DNA of 45,684 bases from Bacteroidaceae bacterium (GCA_045111535.1 JBGUGM010000194.1:1-45684); one strand, 5' to 3'; positions 10,917-22,178 are shown, counted from the first letter of the stretch. Notes: generated from the letters alone by a model not told the origin. A program made the numbers and translations.

Positions 10917-11666
10917 ATGTTAGAAATCAAGAATCTTCACGCCAAAGTTGGCGACAAGGAAATACTCAAAGGTGTCAATCTGACCATTAACGACGGTGAG
11001 ATTCATGCCTTGATGGGCACCAACGGAGCGGGTAAATCGACGCTCTCCAATGTCATTGTAGGCAATCCTGCCTACGAGGTGACAGAGGGAACCATCACAT
11101 TCAATGGACAAGACCTCCTTGCGATGAGTCCAGAGGAACGTGCTCATGCTGGCATCTTCATGTCTTTTCAGGCTCCCATCGAGATTCCAGGGGTGAGCAT
11201 GACGAACTTTATGCGTGCGGCAGTCAATGCACGTCGTGAGGCACAGGGCAAGGAACCCCTCAAATCGACAGACTTCCTGAAGGTGATGCGTGAGAAGCGC
11301 AAACTCGTGGAGATTGACCAGAAACTGATGAACCGCTCTGTCAACGAAGGCTTCTCAGGTGGTGAGCGCAAACGCAATGAAATCTTCCAGATGGCGATGC
11401 TGGAGCCTACTTTCTGCATCCTCGACGAGACAGATTCAGGACTTGATGTGGATGCTCTTCGCATTGTGGCAGAAGGTTTTAATAAGTTGCGTAGTGAGGA
11501 GACCTCTGCCATTGTCATCACCCACTACCAGCGACTGCTCGACTACATCCGTCCAGACCTCGTCCATGTGCTCATTGATGGCAAGATTGTCAAGACAGGT
11601 ACGGCAGAACTCGCTCAGCAGATTGAGGAACAGGGATTCGACTGGATTAAAGAAGAACTGGCATGA
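10917..11666 (+). CDS. sufC: Fe-S cluster assembly ATPase SufC
   Basis: 249 aa. Walker A GTNGAGKST, signature FSGGERKR, Walker B ILDETDSGLD. Confidence 0.95.
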   Translation: MLEIKNLHAKVGDKEILKGVNLTINDGEIHALMGTNGAGKSTLSNVIVGNPAYEVTEGTITFNGQDLLAMSPEERAHAGIFMSFQAPIEIPGVSMTNFMRAAVNARREAQGKEPLKSTDFLKVMREKRKLVEIDQKLMNRSVNEGFSGGERKRNEIFQMAMLEPTFCILDETDSGLDVDALRIVAEGFNKLRSEETSAIVITHYQRLLDYIRPDLVHVLIDGKIVKTGTAELAQQIEEQGFDWIKEELA

Positions 11667-12880
11667 CGAGTGAGAAGCAGTACATAGAACTTTACCGTGA
11701 GGCTTCTGACCTCATCAAGAGCAAGAGTTGCGACGTGATGAATGCTGTGCGCGATGAGGCTTTTGCTGCATTCCAACAGGTGGGCTTCCCCTCCAGAAAA
11801 GTGGAGCGCTACAAATACACCGATGTGGATGCTGCCTTTGCTCCCAACTATGGCATTTCCCTCTCACCTCTCACGGTCAAGCCTTCCGCGTACATATATA
11901 ATATAAAGGATGCCCCCATTGATGTGACTCCCTACTATCATAAGATAGCCGATGCACAGGATGCCATCACGGCACTCAACACGGCTTTGGTGCATGATGC
12001 CCTGCTGGTGTATGTGCCCAAGAACCAACGTGTGGAAGACCCCATCGTGGTGGACAACTGGCTTCGAGGCACTGCTGCCACGATGATGAACCGACGCATC
12101 CTCATCGTGATGGAGCAGGGTAGTGATGCCACCATCATCATCAATGACCATGCTGCAGACAAGCAACGCTTCCTCACGACTCAAGTCATTGAGGTCTATT
12201 GTCACGACAATGCCCGTTTGGATCTTTATGAGATAGAAGAGACCACTCCTCTCTGTTCACGCTTCTGCAATGTCTATATCCACGAGGGACGTGACTGCTC
12301 GGTCAAGCACAACAGCATCACCCTCTTCAATGGACAGACACGCAACCTCTGTGATGTTTATCTGCGAGGCGAGAACTCCGAGGTGACCCTGAACGGATGT
12401 GCCATTGGTGGTGGGTCACAACGTATTGACAACAACACGCTGATTCGTCATGAAGTGCCTAACTGCACCTCAAACGAACTCTATAAGTATGTGGTGGATG
12501 ACAAGTCTGTTGGTGCTTTTGCGGGTAAGATTCTTGTGGAGAAAGATGCACAGAAGACCTCTTCGCAAGAAACCAATGCTAATCTCTGTGCCTCTTCCGA
12601 TGCACGAATGTACACCCAGCCCATGCTTGAAATCTATGCAGACGATGTCAAGTGTGCCCATGGCTCCACAGTGGGTGTGATGGATGAAGCAGCCCTCTTC
12701 TATATGCGTCAGCGTGGCATCCCTGAAGCAGAGGCACGCACCCTGCTCAAGAATGCTTTCATGGGACAGGTCATCGACCAGATCAAGTTCGAACCTCTGC
12801 GACAGAAACTCTATGTGAAGGTGGAGAAACGTTTCCGTGGCGAACTCGACAAGTGTGAGGACTGTCGTCTCTGTAAATAA
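11663..12880 (+). CDS. sufD: Fe-S cluster assembly protein SufD
   Basis: 405 aa with a 4-nt overlap with sufC. C-terminal beta-helix-like region with DVKCAHGSTVG...FYMRQRGI, shared with the SufB/D family. Confidence 0.9.
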   Translation: MTSEKQYIELYREASDLIKSKSCDVMNAVRDEAFAAFQQVGFPSRKVERYKYTDVDAAFAPNYGISLSPLTVKPSAYIYNIKDAPIDVTPYYHKIADAQDAITALNTALVHDALLVYVPKNQRVEDPIVVDNWLRGTAATMMNRRILIVMEQGSDATIIINDHAADKQRFLTTQVIEVYCHDNARLDLYEIEETTPLCSRFCNVYIHEGRDCSVKHNSITLFNGQTRNLCDVYLRGENSEVTLNGCAIGGGSQRIDNNTLIRHEVPNCTSNELYKYVVDDKSVGAFAGKILVEKDAQKTSSQETNANLCASSDARMYTQPMLEIYADDVKCAHGSTVGVMDEAALFYMRQRGIPEAEARTLLKNAFMGQVIDQIKFEPLRQKLYVKVEKRFRGELDKCEDCRLCK

Positions 12881-12883
12881 GAT

Positions 12884-13831
<948 letters not shown>

Positions 13832-13858
13832 CCCCTCAACTTTACCCTTTATCCACTC

Positions 13859-14479
13859 ATGCTTGAGATTCTCAACACCCTCGTTTCGCTTGACCTCTTC
13901 AAGGTGTTCTTTTGTTGTGACTTGGAGAAGTGTCATGGAGCCTGTTGCATAGAAGGTGATGCAGGTGCCCCTGTCACGATGGAAGAGGTAGGGCTCCTTG
14001 AGGAAGCCTACGAGGTAGTGCATGACGACCTCTCGCCAGAAGCCCAGCAGCAAATAGAAGCAGAGGGAGTGGTATATCCTGATAAGGATGGTGAGTTGGT
14101 GACTCAGATTATCCGAGGCAAGGATTGTGTGTTTGTGAAATATGCTTCTCTGGAAAATCCAGAGAATGCGGAATCTCCGGACAAATCTCTTTGTGCGTTT
14201 TGTGCCATTGATTCCGCTTATCGTTGTGGACGTTTTCATTGGCAGAAACCTATTTCTTGTGCCCTTTATCCCGTACGGCTTTCCAAGGTGGGGGGTGTGA
14301 CGGCAGTCAATGTCCATAAGTGGGATATCTGCCAACCGGCTCGTGATTTGGGCAAAAAACTCCAGTTGCCCGTCTATCAGTTCCTCAAGGAACCTCTCAT
14401 CCGACGCTTCGGACAAGCATGGTGGGATGAGTGCGATTTGGCATATAAAGAACTTAAGAAAGCGGGCTATTTGGACTAA
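13859..14479 (+). CDS. DUF3109-like Cys-rich protein
   Basis: 206 aa. N-terminus FFCCDLEKCHGACCIEGDAGAP resembles what I recall of the Bacteroidota DUF3109 family. This assignment is from memory only. Confidence 0.65.
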   Translation: MLEILNTLVSLDLFKVFFCCDLEKCHGACCIEGDAGAPVTMEEVGLLEEAYEVVHDDLSPEAQQQIEAEGVVYPDKDGELVTQIIRGKDCVFVKYASLENPENAESPDKSLCAFCAIDSAYRCGRFHWQKPISCALYPVRLSKVGGVTAVNVHKWDICQPARDLGKKLQLPVYQFLKEPLIRRFGQAWWDECDLAYKELKKAGYLD

Positions 14480-14568
14480 ACAGCCCTCAGAAAGCACGGA
14501 AAAATGAGAAAAAACAACATTTTTTCAAAAAAAAAGTGCTGAAAATGTTTTTTTACAAAAATTTATTA

Positions 14569-14576
14569 TAAATTTG
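14569..14576 (+). promoter_or_regulatory. -7 box (TAaaTTTG) upstream of zinc-ribbon/receiver genes
   Basis: TAnnTTTG match 97 nt upstream of the ATG at 14673. Confidence 0.45.
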
Positions 14577-14672
14577 CAACTTGACTGATGTACCCTAACC
14601 AAAATCAAACAGAGGAAAGGTGCTACAAACGACATTTGATAGTACAATAATCACTAAGTCGCACAAGAACAT

Positions 14673-16166
14673 ATGATAACGATCCAAAACAATGACGGTG
14701 ACAGGCGGGTGCTCCTGCTCGACAGTCCTTTTGCTCTCGATGAAAGTCCGGACTTTCCCGAGTACCTTTTTGATGTTATCTTCATTGCCAACGAATCAGT
14801 CGAGGAAACTAAAACAATCCTCAACAGCATCAACCCTGTCACTTCCACCAAGTGTTGCTATAAGCCATTCTTTGTGTCTGCCTCCCTCAAGGGAAAGATG
14901 GGCAACTACGATGAGATCATCGATGGCTATTCCGACAACTGGAATGACATGGATGTGCTCACTACCGTTGAAAACATTATCAATTACAACACTTTGATAG
15001 GTCTTGCGGCTACCGAAGACCCCATTGTCTCTTCCAACCAGTTCTTTATTCGCCTGACGCGTTATCTCATCTCGCGTAAGAAGACTGTGCTGGAGCCTAA
15101 ACTCGATGTGACTGCATCCACAGGTTATGCTATCCCGGTGTTCGACCTTTTCTATCGTTTGGGACAGTATGAACTCTCCGACTACTTCGTGTTCTTGCAG
15201 TCTATGGCAGAGAAGGGACTCTTCCGTGCCACCAAGTTCGTCAACAAGGTGTTCTTGTGTCCTACCTGCCTCCACTCTCATCTGCTCTATATCAAGACTT
15301 GTCCTAAGTGCGGGCAGTCATCCGTGCAGACAGAGGAGGTTATCCACCACTTCCGTTGCGCCAATGTGTCGCCTGAGCACACATACAACTTCGGAGGACA
15401 ACTCCGTTGCCCGAAGTGTCACAAGATTCTGCGTCACATCGGTATGGACTTTGACCGTCCAGCGGTTATCCACACTTGCAGCACCTGTGGTAATACATTT
15501 ATTGAACCAAAGTCGCAGACTCTCTGCACCAGTTGTCATGAACTGCACGATGCAGAGGAACTCATTCCACAGGATGTGAACGTATATGAGATTACTTCCG
15601 AAGGTAAGCAGAGCATCATCTCGCCCAACATCGGGTTCACCATCTACACGGAGTTCTACGACAACTATATCGAATACAACCGCTTTGTCAGTCGTATTCG
15701 TCTTTTGGCTGAGCAGAAATTCTCAGGCAACATCGAAGGTGACCTGCTCGTCGGTAAGATTTGGATTCTCAATGAAGAAGGTGAGACCATGCCAATCCGA
15801 CCAGAAGAGATTGAATTGGTTTGCCTCTACTTCCCGAATAACAAGGTATCTGCAGCCAACAACATCACCTACGTGGGCTCTGTCATCCGCGACATCAAGG
15901 GTGGCGACACCGAGGAGGAAATCATCAACTTCCAGGTGATGATGTCAGAAACCCTCCGTGCTTCTGTTTCTATCCTCAAGCCAGGCGAGACAATCTGCTA
16001 CAGTTACATGAAGTTGCAAGGCAACCAGTCCACTGTCAACGACTTCATCAAGGAAATGGACTATATATCGCCCACACCTGATGATACGGCACATGGCGGC
16101 AGCCACGACCAACCTGCCAAGCAAGAGGCACCAACTGCTGCTGGAGATGAAATAGAAGATATGTAA
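14673..16166 (+). CDS. Multi-zinc-ribbon protein (five CxxC pairs), possibly TackOD1-like output domain protein
   Basis: 497 aa. Central cluster CPTC-x13-CPKC ... CPKC-x22-CSTC-x14-CTSC. Flanking ~190-aa N-terminal and ~190-aa C-terminal regions have no motif I recognise. Confidence 0.6.
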   Translation: MITIQNNDGDRRVLLLDSPFALDESPDFPEYLFDVIFIANESVEETKTILNSINPVTSTKCCYKPFFVSASLKGKMGNYDEIIDGYSDNWNDMDVLTTVENIINYNTLIGLAATEDPIVSSNQFFIRLTRYLISRKKTVLEPKLDVTASTGYAIPVFDLFYRLGQYELSDYFVFLQSMAEKGLFRATKFVNKVFLCPTCLHSHLLYIKTCPKCGQSSVQTEEVIHHFRCANVSPEHTYNFGGQLRCPKCHKILRHIGMDFDRPAVIHTCSTCGNTFIEPKSQTLCTSCHELHDAEELIPQDVNVYEITSEGKQSIISPNIGFTIYTEFYDNYIEYNRFVSRIRLLAEQKFSGNIEGDLLVGKIWILNEEGETMPIRPEEIELVCLYFPNNKVSAANNITYVGSVIRDIKGGDTEEEIINFQVMMSETLRASVSILKPGETICYSYMKLQGNQSTVNDFIKEMDYISPTPDDTAHGGSHDQPAKQEAPTAAGDEIEDM

Positions 16167-16212
16167 TGACACTTTCTGAACTAAAATAAAAAACTAATAA
16201 AACCATACCGAT

Positions 16213-16638
16213 ATGAACAATTACATCACACCAGGAATCGACGTTGAAAGTCTATCCGTTCTTGTAGTGGATGACGTTCCATTGAACATCCTTCTTATCA
16301 AGAAGATGCTTTCACAGTACACATTTGAGATTCGTACCGCTAATGGTGGACAGGCTGCTCTTGACGCCATTGCGCAGAAAAAGCCCAACCTTGTGCTTCT
16401 TGACCTGATGATGCCAGGCATTGATGGCTTCGAAGTGATCCGTCGCCTCCGTGCAGACGATGCCACGAAAGATCTGCCCATCATCATCCTCTCGGCACTC
16501 AATTCCGAGCAGGACATCTCCAAGGGCTTCCAGTTGGGTGCGAATGACTTTATCAACAAGCCTATCATCATGGAGAAACTTCTCAGCAGTGTGACTACGC
16601 AGATTAACCTGCAGGCTGCTAAGAACGCTGCCGGATAA
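16213..16638 (+). CDS. Stand-alone response regulator receiver (CheY-like)
   Basis: 141 aa. Receiver hallmarks VLVVDD, LVLLDLMMPGIDG (phospho-acceptor Asp), IIILSA and FINKP. No output domain. Confidence 0.9.
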   Translation: MNNYITPGIDVESLSVLVVDDVPLNILLIKKMLSQYTFEIRTANGGQAALDAIAQKKPNLVLLDLMMPGIDGFEVIRRLRADDATKDLPIIILSALNSEQDISKGFQLGANDFINKPIIMEKLLSSVTTQINLQAAKNAAG

Positions 16639-16661
16639 GAAAGTATCGATTAAACAATAAT

Positions 16662-16688
16662 AAGGGGAAAGTGTGTCACTTTCCCCTT
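16662..16688. terminator. Bidirectional hairpin between receiver gene and hisS
   Basis: Perfect 12-bp stem AAGGGGAAAGTG / CACTTTCCCCTT with a 3-nt loop and T-rich flank, lying between convergent genes. Confidence 0.7.
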
Positions 16689-16709
16689 TCTTGCTTCTAT
16701 CCTTTTGAA

Positions 16710-18065
16710 CTACTTCAACGCGTCCACCAGTTCGTTCACCTTCACCATGCGTTGCTCTCCTGTCACCATGTTTTTCAGTGCCATCACACCCTCCTGCATC
16801 TCTGTCTCACCTGCCATTATCACGAATGGAATGCCCTTTGCATTCGCATAACTCATCTGTTTCTTCATCTTCACCGCATCAGGGTACATCTCTGCACTGA
16901 TGCCTGCTTGGCGCACTTGTGCCAGCACGGGCAGACAATAGTTTGTTTCTGCTTCGCCGAAGTTCACGAACAGCACTTGTGTGCCACCTACAGCCTCCTT
17001 CGGGTATAAATCCAACTGATTCAGCACATCGAAAATTCTATCTGCACCAAACGAAATGCCCACACCGCTCAGTCCTGGCATGCCGAAGATGCCCGTCAGG
17101 TTGTCATAGCGCCCACCACCTGTAATTGAGCCAATCTCCACATCCAGTGCCTTCACCTCAAAGATGGCACCTGTATAGTAGTTTAAGCCACGGGCCAGCG
17201 TCAAATCCAGTTCCACTTGATTATTCAAACCACCCAACTTCGAGAGGATGTACTCCATTTCCTCCACACCCTTCAAGCCCGTTTCGGAATCTTTCAACAC
17301 TTCCTTCATCGTTGCCAACTTCTCTGCATTCGAACCGCTCAACTGGATGATGGGTTGTAGTTTCGCAATCGCTTCCGTAGGGATGCCATCCTCAGCCAGT
17401 TCCGCATTCACGGCGTCCAGCCCAATCTTATCCAACTTGTCCATTGCCACGGTGATATCTACAATCTTCTCTGCTTGACCAATCATCTCTGCGATGCCCG
17501 TCAGAATCTTGCGATTATTCATCTTGATGCACACCCTTACGCCAAAGCGTGTGAATACCGTGTCGATAATCTGCATCAGTTCCACTTCGTTCAGTAACGA
17601 ATCGCTGCCCACCACATCCGCATCACACTGGTAGAACTCTCTGTATCTGCCTTTTTGAGGACGGTCAGCACGCCACACTGGCTGAATCTGGTAGCGCTTG
17701 AAAGGTAATGCCAGTTCCTCTCTGTGCTGCACCACATAACGTGCAAACGGCACCGTCAGGTCATAGCGCAACCCCTTCTCGCAGAACTTTGCTGCCAACT
17801 TGCCTGTACTCGTTGTTGCCACCTCCTCGGCAGTCATCCCATGCAGGAAGTCGCCTGAGTTCAGTATCTTGAAGAGCAGTTTGTCACCTTCCTCGCCATA
17901 CTTGCCCATCAATGTTGAGAGGTTCTCCATGGCGGGAGTTTCAATCTGCTGGAAGCCATACAATGCGTACACCTCCTTGATGGTGTTGAAAATATAATTG
18001 CGCTTCGCCATCTCCACAGGTGAGAAGTCGCGTGTTCCCTTAGGTATGCTTGGTTTCTGTGCCAT
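16710..18065 (-). CDS. hisS: Histidine--tRNA ligase
   Basis: 451 aa. Class II aaRS motifs ([23 protein letters not shown]) and a C-terminal anticodon-binding domain. Confidence 0.95.
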   Translation of the reverse strand: MAQKPSIPKGTRDFSPVEMAKRNYIFNTIKEVYALYGFQQIETPAMENLSTLMGKYGEEGDKLLFKILNSGDFLHGMTAEEVATTSTGKLAAKFCEKGLRYDLTVPFARYVVQHREELALPFKRYQIQPVWRADRPQKGRYREFYQCDADVVGSDSLLNEVELMQIIDTVFTRFGVRVCIKMNNRKILTGIAEMIGQAEKIVDITVAMDKLDKIGLDAVNAELAEDGIPTEAIAKLQPIIQLSGSNAEKLATMKEVLKDSETGLKGVEEMEYILSKLGGLNNQVELDLTLARGLNYYTGAIFEVKALDVEIGSITGGGRYDNLTGIFGMPGLSGVGISFGADRIFDVLNQLDLYPKEAVGGTQVLFVNFGEAETNYCLPVLAQVRQAGISAEMYPDAVKMKKQMSYANAKGIPFVIMAGETEMQEGVMALKNMVTGEQRMVKVNELVDALK

Positions 18066-18166
18066 AATATGATATAGAATTTCAATAGGAATATATGGAT
18101 GGGTTTCTTAACAGCAACCGCGACATCCTTAAAAGGCGCCGCGGTTGTTTGTTCTTGGATATCCGA

Positions 18167-18436
18167 TTACTTGCGGAGACCAAGTTTCTTGATGATTGCA
18201 CGATAGCGCTCGATGTCCTTTCTCTTGAGGTAGGAGAGGAAACGACGACGCTGACCTACAAGTTGAACCAAGGCACGATTGGTAACGTGATCCTTGTGGT
18301 TTGCCTTCACGTGCTCAGTGAGGTGCTGAATACGGTAGGTGAGGAGTGCAATCTGGCTCTCGCAAGAACCAGTGTCAGTGGCAGATGCGCCATACTCGGC
18401 AAAAATCTCTGCCTTCTTTGCTGAATCTAAATACAT
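18167..18436 (-). CDS. rpsO: 30S ribosomal protein S15
   Basis: 89 aa from the ATG at 18436 (MYLDSAKKAEIF...QIALLTYRIQHLTEHVKANHKDHVTNRALVQLVGQRRRFLSYL). The track's upstream start at 18475 adds 13 non-conserved residues. Confidence 0.95.
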   Translation of the reverse strand: MYLDSAKKAEIFAEYGASATDTGSCESQIALLTYRIQHLTEHVKANHKDHVTNRALVQLVGQRRRFLSYLKRKDIERYRAIIKKLGLRK

Positions 18437-18524
18437 AGTTGTTTGTATATATATAATTAATAATGTGTTATACAACGCGCCATGATCTTTTCAGCCAGAT
18501 GGATGGCTCGTCGCAAATCGGGTG

Positions 18525-18532
18525 CAAAGGTA
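18525..18532 (-). promoter_or_regulatory. -7 box (TAccTTTG) for rpsO
   Basis: Reverse strand reads AAAAAGTTGTACCTTTGCACCCGATTT, 89 nt upstream of rpsO. Confidence 0.6.
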
Positions 18533-18575
18533 CAACTTTTTCATTGAATCTCACAAACATTTCATAAAAAAGTTG

Positions 18576-18583
18576 TAACTTTG
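18576..18583 (+). promoter_or_regulatory. -7 box (TAacTTTG) for typA
   Basis: AAAAAGTTGTAACTTTGCACCCGATTT, 23 nt upstream of the typA ATG. Confidence 0.6.
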
Positions 18584-18605
18584 CACCCGATTTCAATCAA
18601 TAAGT

Positions 18606-20411
18606 ATGCAGGATATTAGAAACATTGCGATTATTGCGCACGTTGACCACGGAAAAACGACGCTGGTCGATAAGATGTTGCTTGCCGGAAATCTTTTTCG
18701 TGAGAATCAGCAGACAGGCGACTTGATTTTGGATAACAATGAACTGGAAAGGGAACGTGGAATCACGATTCTTTCGAAGAATGTCTCCATCAATTATAAA
18801 GGTACGAAGATTAACGTCATCGACACGCCGGGACACTCGGACTTCGGTGGCGAGGTGGAGCGTGTCCTGAACATGGCTGACGGCTGCATCTTGTTGGTGG
18901 ATGCGTTTGAGGGTCCGATGCCCCAGACACGTTTTGTGCTGCAGAAGGCTTTGGAGATTGGTTTGAAGCCTGTGGTGGTGGTGAATAAGGTGGATAAGCC
19001 TAACTGCCGTCCTGAGGAAGTGTATGAGATGGTGTTTGACCTGATGTTCTCGTTGAACGCTACGGAGGAACAGTTGGATTTCCCTGTAGTGTATGGTTCG
19101 GCGAAGCAGGGTTGGATGGGTGCTGACTACAAGACCCCAACGAATGACATCACATATCTGCTGGATGTGATTCTTGACACGATTCCTGCCCCTGAGCAGT
19201 TGGAGGGTACGGCACAGATGCTGATTACGTCGTTGGATTATTCGACTTACACGGGTCGCATCGCAGTGGGTCGTGTGCATCGCGGCACGCTGAAAGCAGG
19301 TCAGAACATCACCATTGTGCATCGCGATGGCAGCAGTGAGAAGACGAAGATCAAGGAATTACATACGTTTGAGGGTATGGGACACAGAAGTGCCGAATCT
19401 GTGAGTTCGGGTGACATCTGTGCGGTGATTGGCTTGTCGAACTTTGAGATTGGTGATACGATTTGTGATTTTGAGGAACCAGAAGCGTTGCCTACCATCT
19501 TGATTGATGAGCCAACGATGTCGATGCTCTTCACCATCAATAATTCTCCTTTCTTCGGCAAGGAGGGTAAGTTCTGCACGAGCCGTCACATCGGTGATCG
19601 CTTGTACAAGGAACTGGAGAAGAATCTGGCATTGCGTGTGGAGACGAAGGAGGGTACGACAGACCAGTGGATTGTGAGTGGACGTGGTGTGTTGCACCTT
19701 TCAGTACTTATCGAGACGATGCGTCGTGAGGGTTATGAGTTGCAGGTGGGTCAGCCACAGGTCATTTTCAAGGAAATCAATGGTCAGAAGTGTGAACCTG
19801 TGGAGGAGTTGACCATCAATGTGCCTGAGGAGTTTGCCAGCAAGATGATTGACATGGTGACTCGCCGTAAGGGTGAGATGACGAGCATGGAGGCACAGGG
19901 TGAACGTGTGAACATCGAGTTTGAGATTCCTTCACGTGGCATTATCGGTTTGCGTACGAATGTGTTGACAGCAAGTCAGGGTGAAGCCATCATGGCACAC
20001 CGCTTCAAGAACTACCAGCCTTTCAAGGGTGAGTTGACACGTCGCACCAATGGCTCGCTCATAGCGATGGAGTCGGGTACGGCTTTCGCTTATGCCATTG
20101 ACCACTTGCAGGACAGAGGTAAGTTCTTCATTAATCCGCAGGACACGGTATATGCTGGTCAAGTAGTGGGTGAGCACGTGCATGAGATTGACTTGGTTAT
20201 CAATGTGACGAAGGCGAAGCAATTAACTAATGTACGCGCGAGTGGTACGGATGAGAAGGCGCACATCATTCCTCCTGTGGTGCTTTCATTGGAGGAGGCA
20301 TTGGAATACATCAAGGCTGATGAGTATGTAGAGGTGACCCCGAAGAGTATGCGCATCCGCAAGATCATCCTTGACCATCTGGAGAGAAAGCGTGCCAATC
20401 GTGAAGAGTGA
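18606..20411 (+). CDS. typA: Translational GTPase TypA/BipA
   Basis: 601 aa. AIIAHVDHGKTTLVD, DTPGHSDF, NKVD, with EF-G-like domain order. Confidence 0.95.
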   Translation: MQDIRNIAIIAHVDHGKTTLVDKMLLAGNLFRENQQTGDLILDNNELERERGITILSKNVSINYKGTKINVIDTPGHSDFGGEVERVLNMADGCILLVDAFEGPMPQTRFVLQKALEIGLKPVVVVNKVDKPNCRPEEVYEMVFDLMFSLNATEEQLDFPVVYGSAKQGWMGADYKTPTNDITYLLDVILDTIPAPEQLEGTAQMLITSLDYSTYTGRIAVGRVHRGTLKAGQNITIVHRDGSSEKTKIKELHTFEGMGHRSAESVSSGDICAVIGLSNFEIGDTICDFEEPEALPTILIDEPTMSMLFTINNSPFFGKEGKFCTSRHIGDRLYKELEKNLALRVETKEGTTDQWIVSGRGVLHLSVLIETMRREGYELQVGQPQVIFKEINGQKCEPVEELTINVPEEFASKMIDMVTRRKGEMTSMEAQGERVNIEFEIPSRGIIGLRTNVLTASQGEAIMAHRFKNYQPFKGELTRRTNGSLIAMESGTAFAYAIDHLQDRGKFFINPQDTVYAGQVVGEHVHEIDLVINVTKAKQLTNVRASGTDEKAHIIPPVVLSLEEALEYIKADEYVEVTPKSMRIRKIILDHLERKRANREE

Positions 20412-20534
20412 CTTTTGCAAAGCAGAGAGATAAAAACGGGTCTTTTTCGTGTTATTTCTGCACAAAAATATACTCCTTGTGCAATAAAAGTGCTTTTTAT
20501 GGGAATATTTTTGCAGAAATCAAAGAATTATTCC

Positions 20535-20542
20535 TACCTTTG
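20535..20542 (+). promoter_or_regulatory. -7 box (TAccTTTG) for acpP-fabF-rnc
   Basis: CCTACCTTTGCACC, 69 nt upstream of acpP. Confidence 0.6.
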
Positions 20543-20610
20543 CACCGCGAAACGTAAGAAAGTGACTATAAAAAGAAAATAATCCATTAACATTTTAAAC
20601 ACTTAAGATT

Positions 20611-20847
20611 ATGTCTGAAATTGAATCAAGAGTAAAATCTATCATCGTTGAGAAACTCAACGTTGACGAAGCAGAAGTAAAGCCAGAAGCAAGTTTCACT
20701 AACGACCTCGGTGCTGACTCACTCGACACTGTAGAACTCATCATGGAGTTCGAGAAGGCTTTCGGTATCAATATTCCTGACGATCAGGCTGAAAAGATCG
20801 CTACTGTTGGCGACGCTATCAAGTACATCGAGGATAACGCAAAATAA
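20611..20847 (+). CDS. acpP: Acyl carrier protein
   Basis: 78 aa. Phosphopantetheine attachment motif [16 protein letters not shown]. Confidence 0.96.
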   Translation: MSEIESRVKSIIVEKLNVDEAEVKPEASFTNDLGADSLDTVELIMEFEKAFGINIPDDQAEKIATVGDAIKYIEDNAK

Positions 20848-20873
20848 TTAACGAGGCTAACCGCTAAGTAATT

Positions 20874-22136
20874 ATGGAATTAAAGAGAGTTGTTGTAACA
20901 GGTATTGGCGCACTGACTCCACTCGGCAACACGGCTGAGGAGTCTTGGGAGAACATCAAGGCTGGTAAGAGCGGCGCTGGTCCTATTACTCATTTCGACG
21001 CTTCACAGTTCAAGACTCAATTTGCATGCGAGGTGAAGGGTTTTGATTCGGCTGCTTACATTGACCGTAAGGAGAGCCGCAAGATGGACCTTTACACCCA
21101 GTATGCCCTTGCAGCAGCCAAGATGGCCATCGAAGATTCTGGTATGGACCTCGAGGCTGTTGACAAGAACGAAATCGGAGTTGTGCTCGGTGTAGGTATC
21201 GGAGGTATCAAAACTTTCGAGGAAGAGGCAGGCAACTATGCCATCAATGGTCCTCAACTCGGCCCTAAGTTCAATCCATTCTTCATCCCGAAGATGATTG
21301 CAGATATCGCTTCTGGTCATATCTCCATTCAGTACGGATTCCGTGGACCAAACTTCACAACAACTTCAGCCTGTGCATCTTCATCTAACGCACTTGCCGA
21401 TGCTTTCAACCTGATTCGTCTTGGCAAAGCCAATGCGATGGTGACAGGTGGAGCCGAGGCTGCCATTTTTGCATCGGGTGTGGGTGGTTTCAATGCCATG
21501 AAGGCACTGTCCACTCGCAACGAAGAGCCTGAAAAGGCTAGCCGTCCATTCAGCGCAAGCCGTGACGGTTTCGTGATGGGTGAGGGTGCAGGTATCCTGA
21601 TTCTTGAAGAGTTGGAGCACGCTAAAGCACGTGGTGCCAAGATTTATGCTGAGATGGTAGGTGCTGGTATGTCTGCCGACGCTTATCACATCACAGCCAC
21701 CCACCCAGAGGGTCTCGGTGCAAAACTCGTCATGGAGCGCGCATTGAAGGATGCTGGTTTGAAGCCTGAGGACATTGACTACATCAATGTACACGGCACT
21801 TCAACTCACGTGGGTGATATCTCTGAGGCGAAAGCCATCAAGGAGGTGTTTGGCGATGCTGCTTACAAACTTAACATCAGTTCAACAAAGTCTATGACGG
21901 GTCACCTTCTCGGTGCCGCTGGCGCTGTTGAAGCGATGATCAGCGTACTCGCTGTCAAGAATGACGTTGTACCTCCAACCATCAACCACGAGGCTGGTGA
22001 CGAAGATCCAGAGATTGACTACACGCTCAATTTCACCTTCAACAAGGCTCAGCAGCGTACCGTTCGTGCTGCCCTCAGCAACACCTTCGGTTTCGGTGGT
22101 CACAATGCAAGTGTCATATTCAAGAAGTATCAGTAA
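20874..22136 (+). CDS. fabF: Beta-ketoacyl-ACP synthase II
   Basis: 420 aa. Active-site region TTTSACASSS, plus HGTST and GFGGHN motifs. Follows acpP. Confidence 0.95.
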   Translation: MELKRVVVTGIGALTPLGNTAEESWENIKAGKSGAGPITHFDASQFKTQFACEVKGFDSAAYIDRKESRKMDLYTQYALAAAKMAIEDSGMDLEAVDKNEIGVVLGVGIGGIKTFEEEAGNYAINGPQLGPKFNPFFIPKMIADIASGHISIQYGFRGPNFTTTSACASSSNALADAFNLIRLGKANAMVTGGAEAAIFASGVGGFNAMKALSTRNEEPEKASRPFSASRDGFVMGEGAGILILEELEHAKARGAKIYAEMVGAGMSADAYHITATHPEGLGAKLVMERALKDAGLKPEDIDYINVHGTSTHVGDISEAKAIKEVFGDAAYKLNISSTKSMTGHLLGAAGAVEAMISVLAVKNDVVPPTINHEAGDEDPEIDYTLNFTFNKAQQRTVRAALSNTFGFGGHNASVIFKKYQ

Positions 22137-22178
22137 TCTTGGGGGCATCCGTTCCCAAGGACTTTTTACAAAGTTCCA

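Noticed and set aside
18115-18147. Hairpin CAACCGCG…CGCGGTTG after rpsO as an intrinsic terminator
   Set aside because: The stem is only 8 bp with a 17-nt loop and has no U-tract on the transcribed (minus) strand. rpsO and hisS may be co-transcribed, so I left it uncalled.
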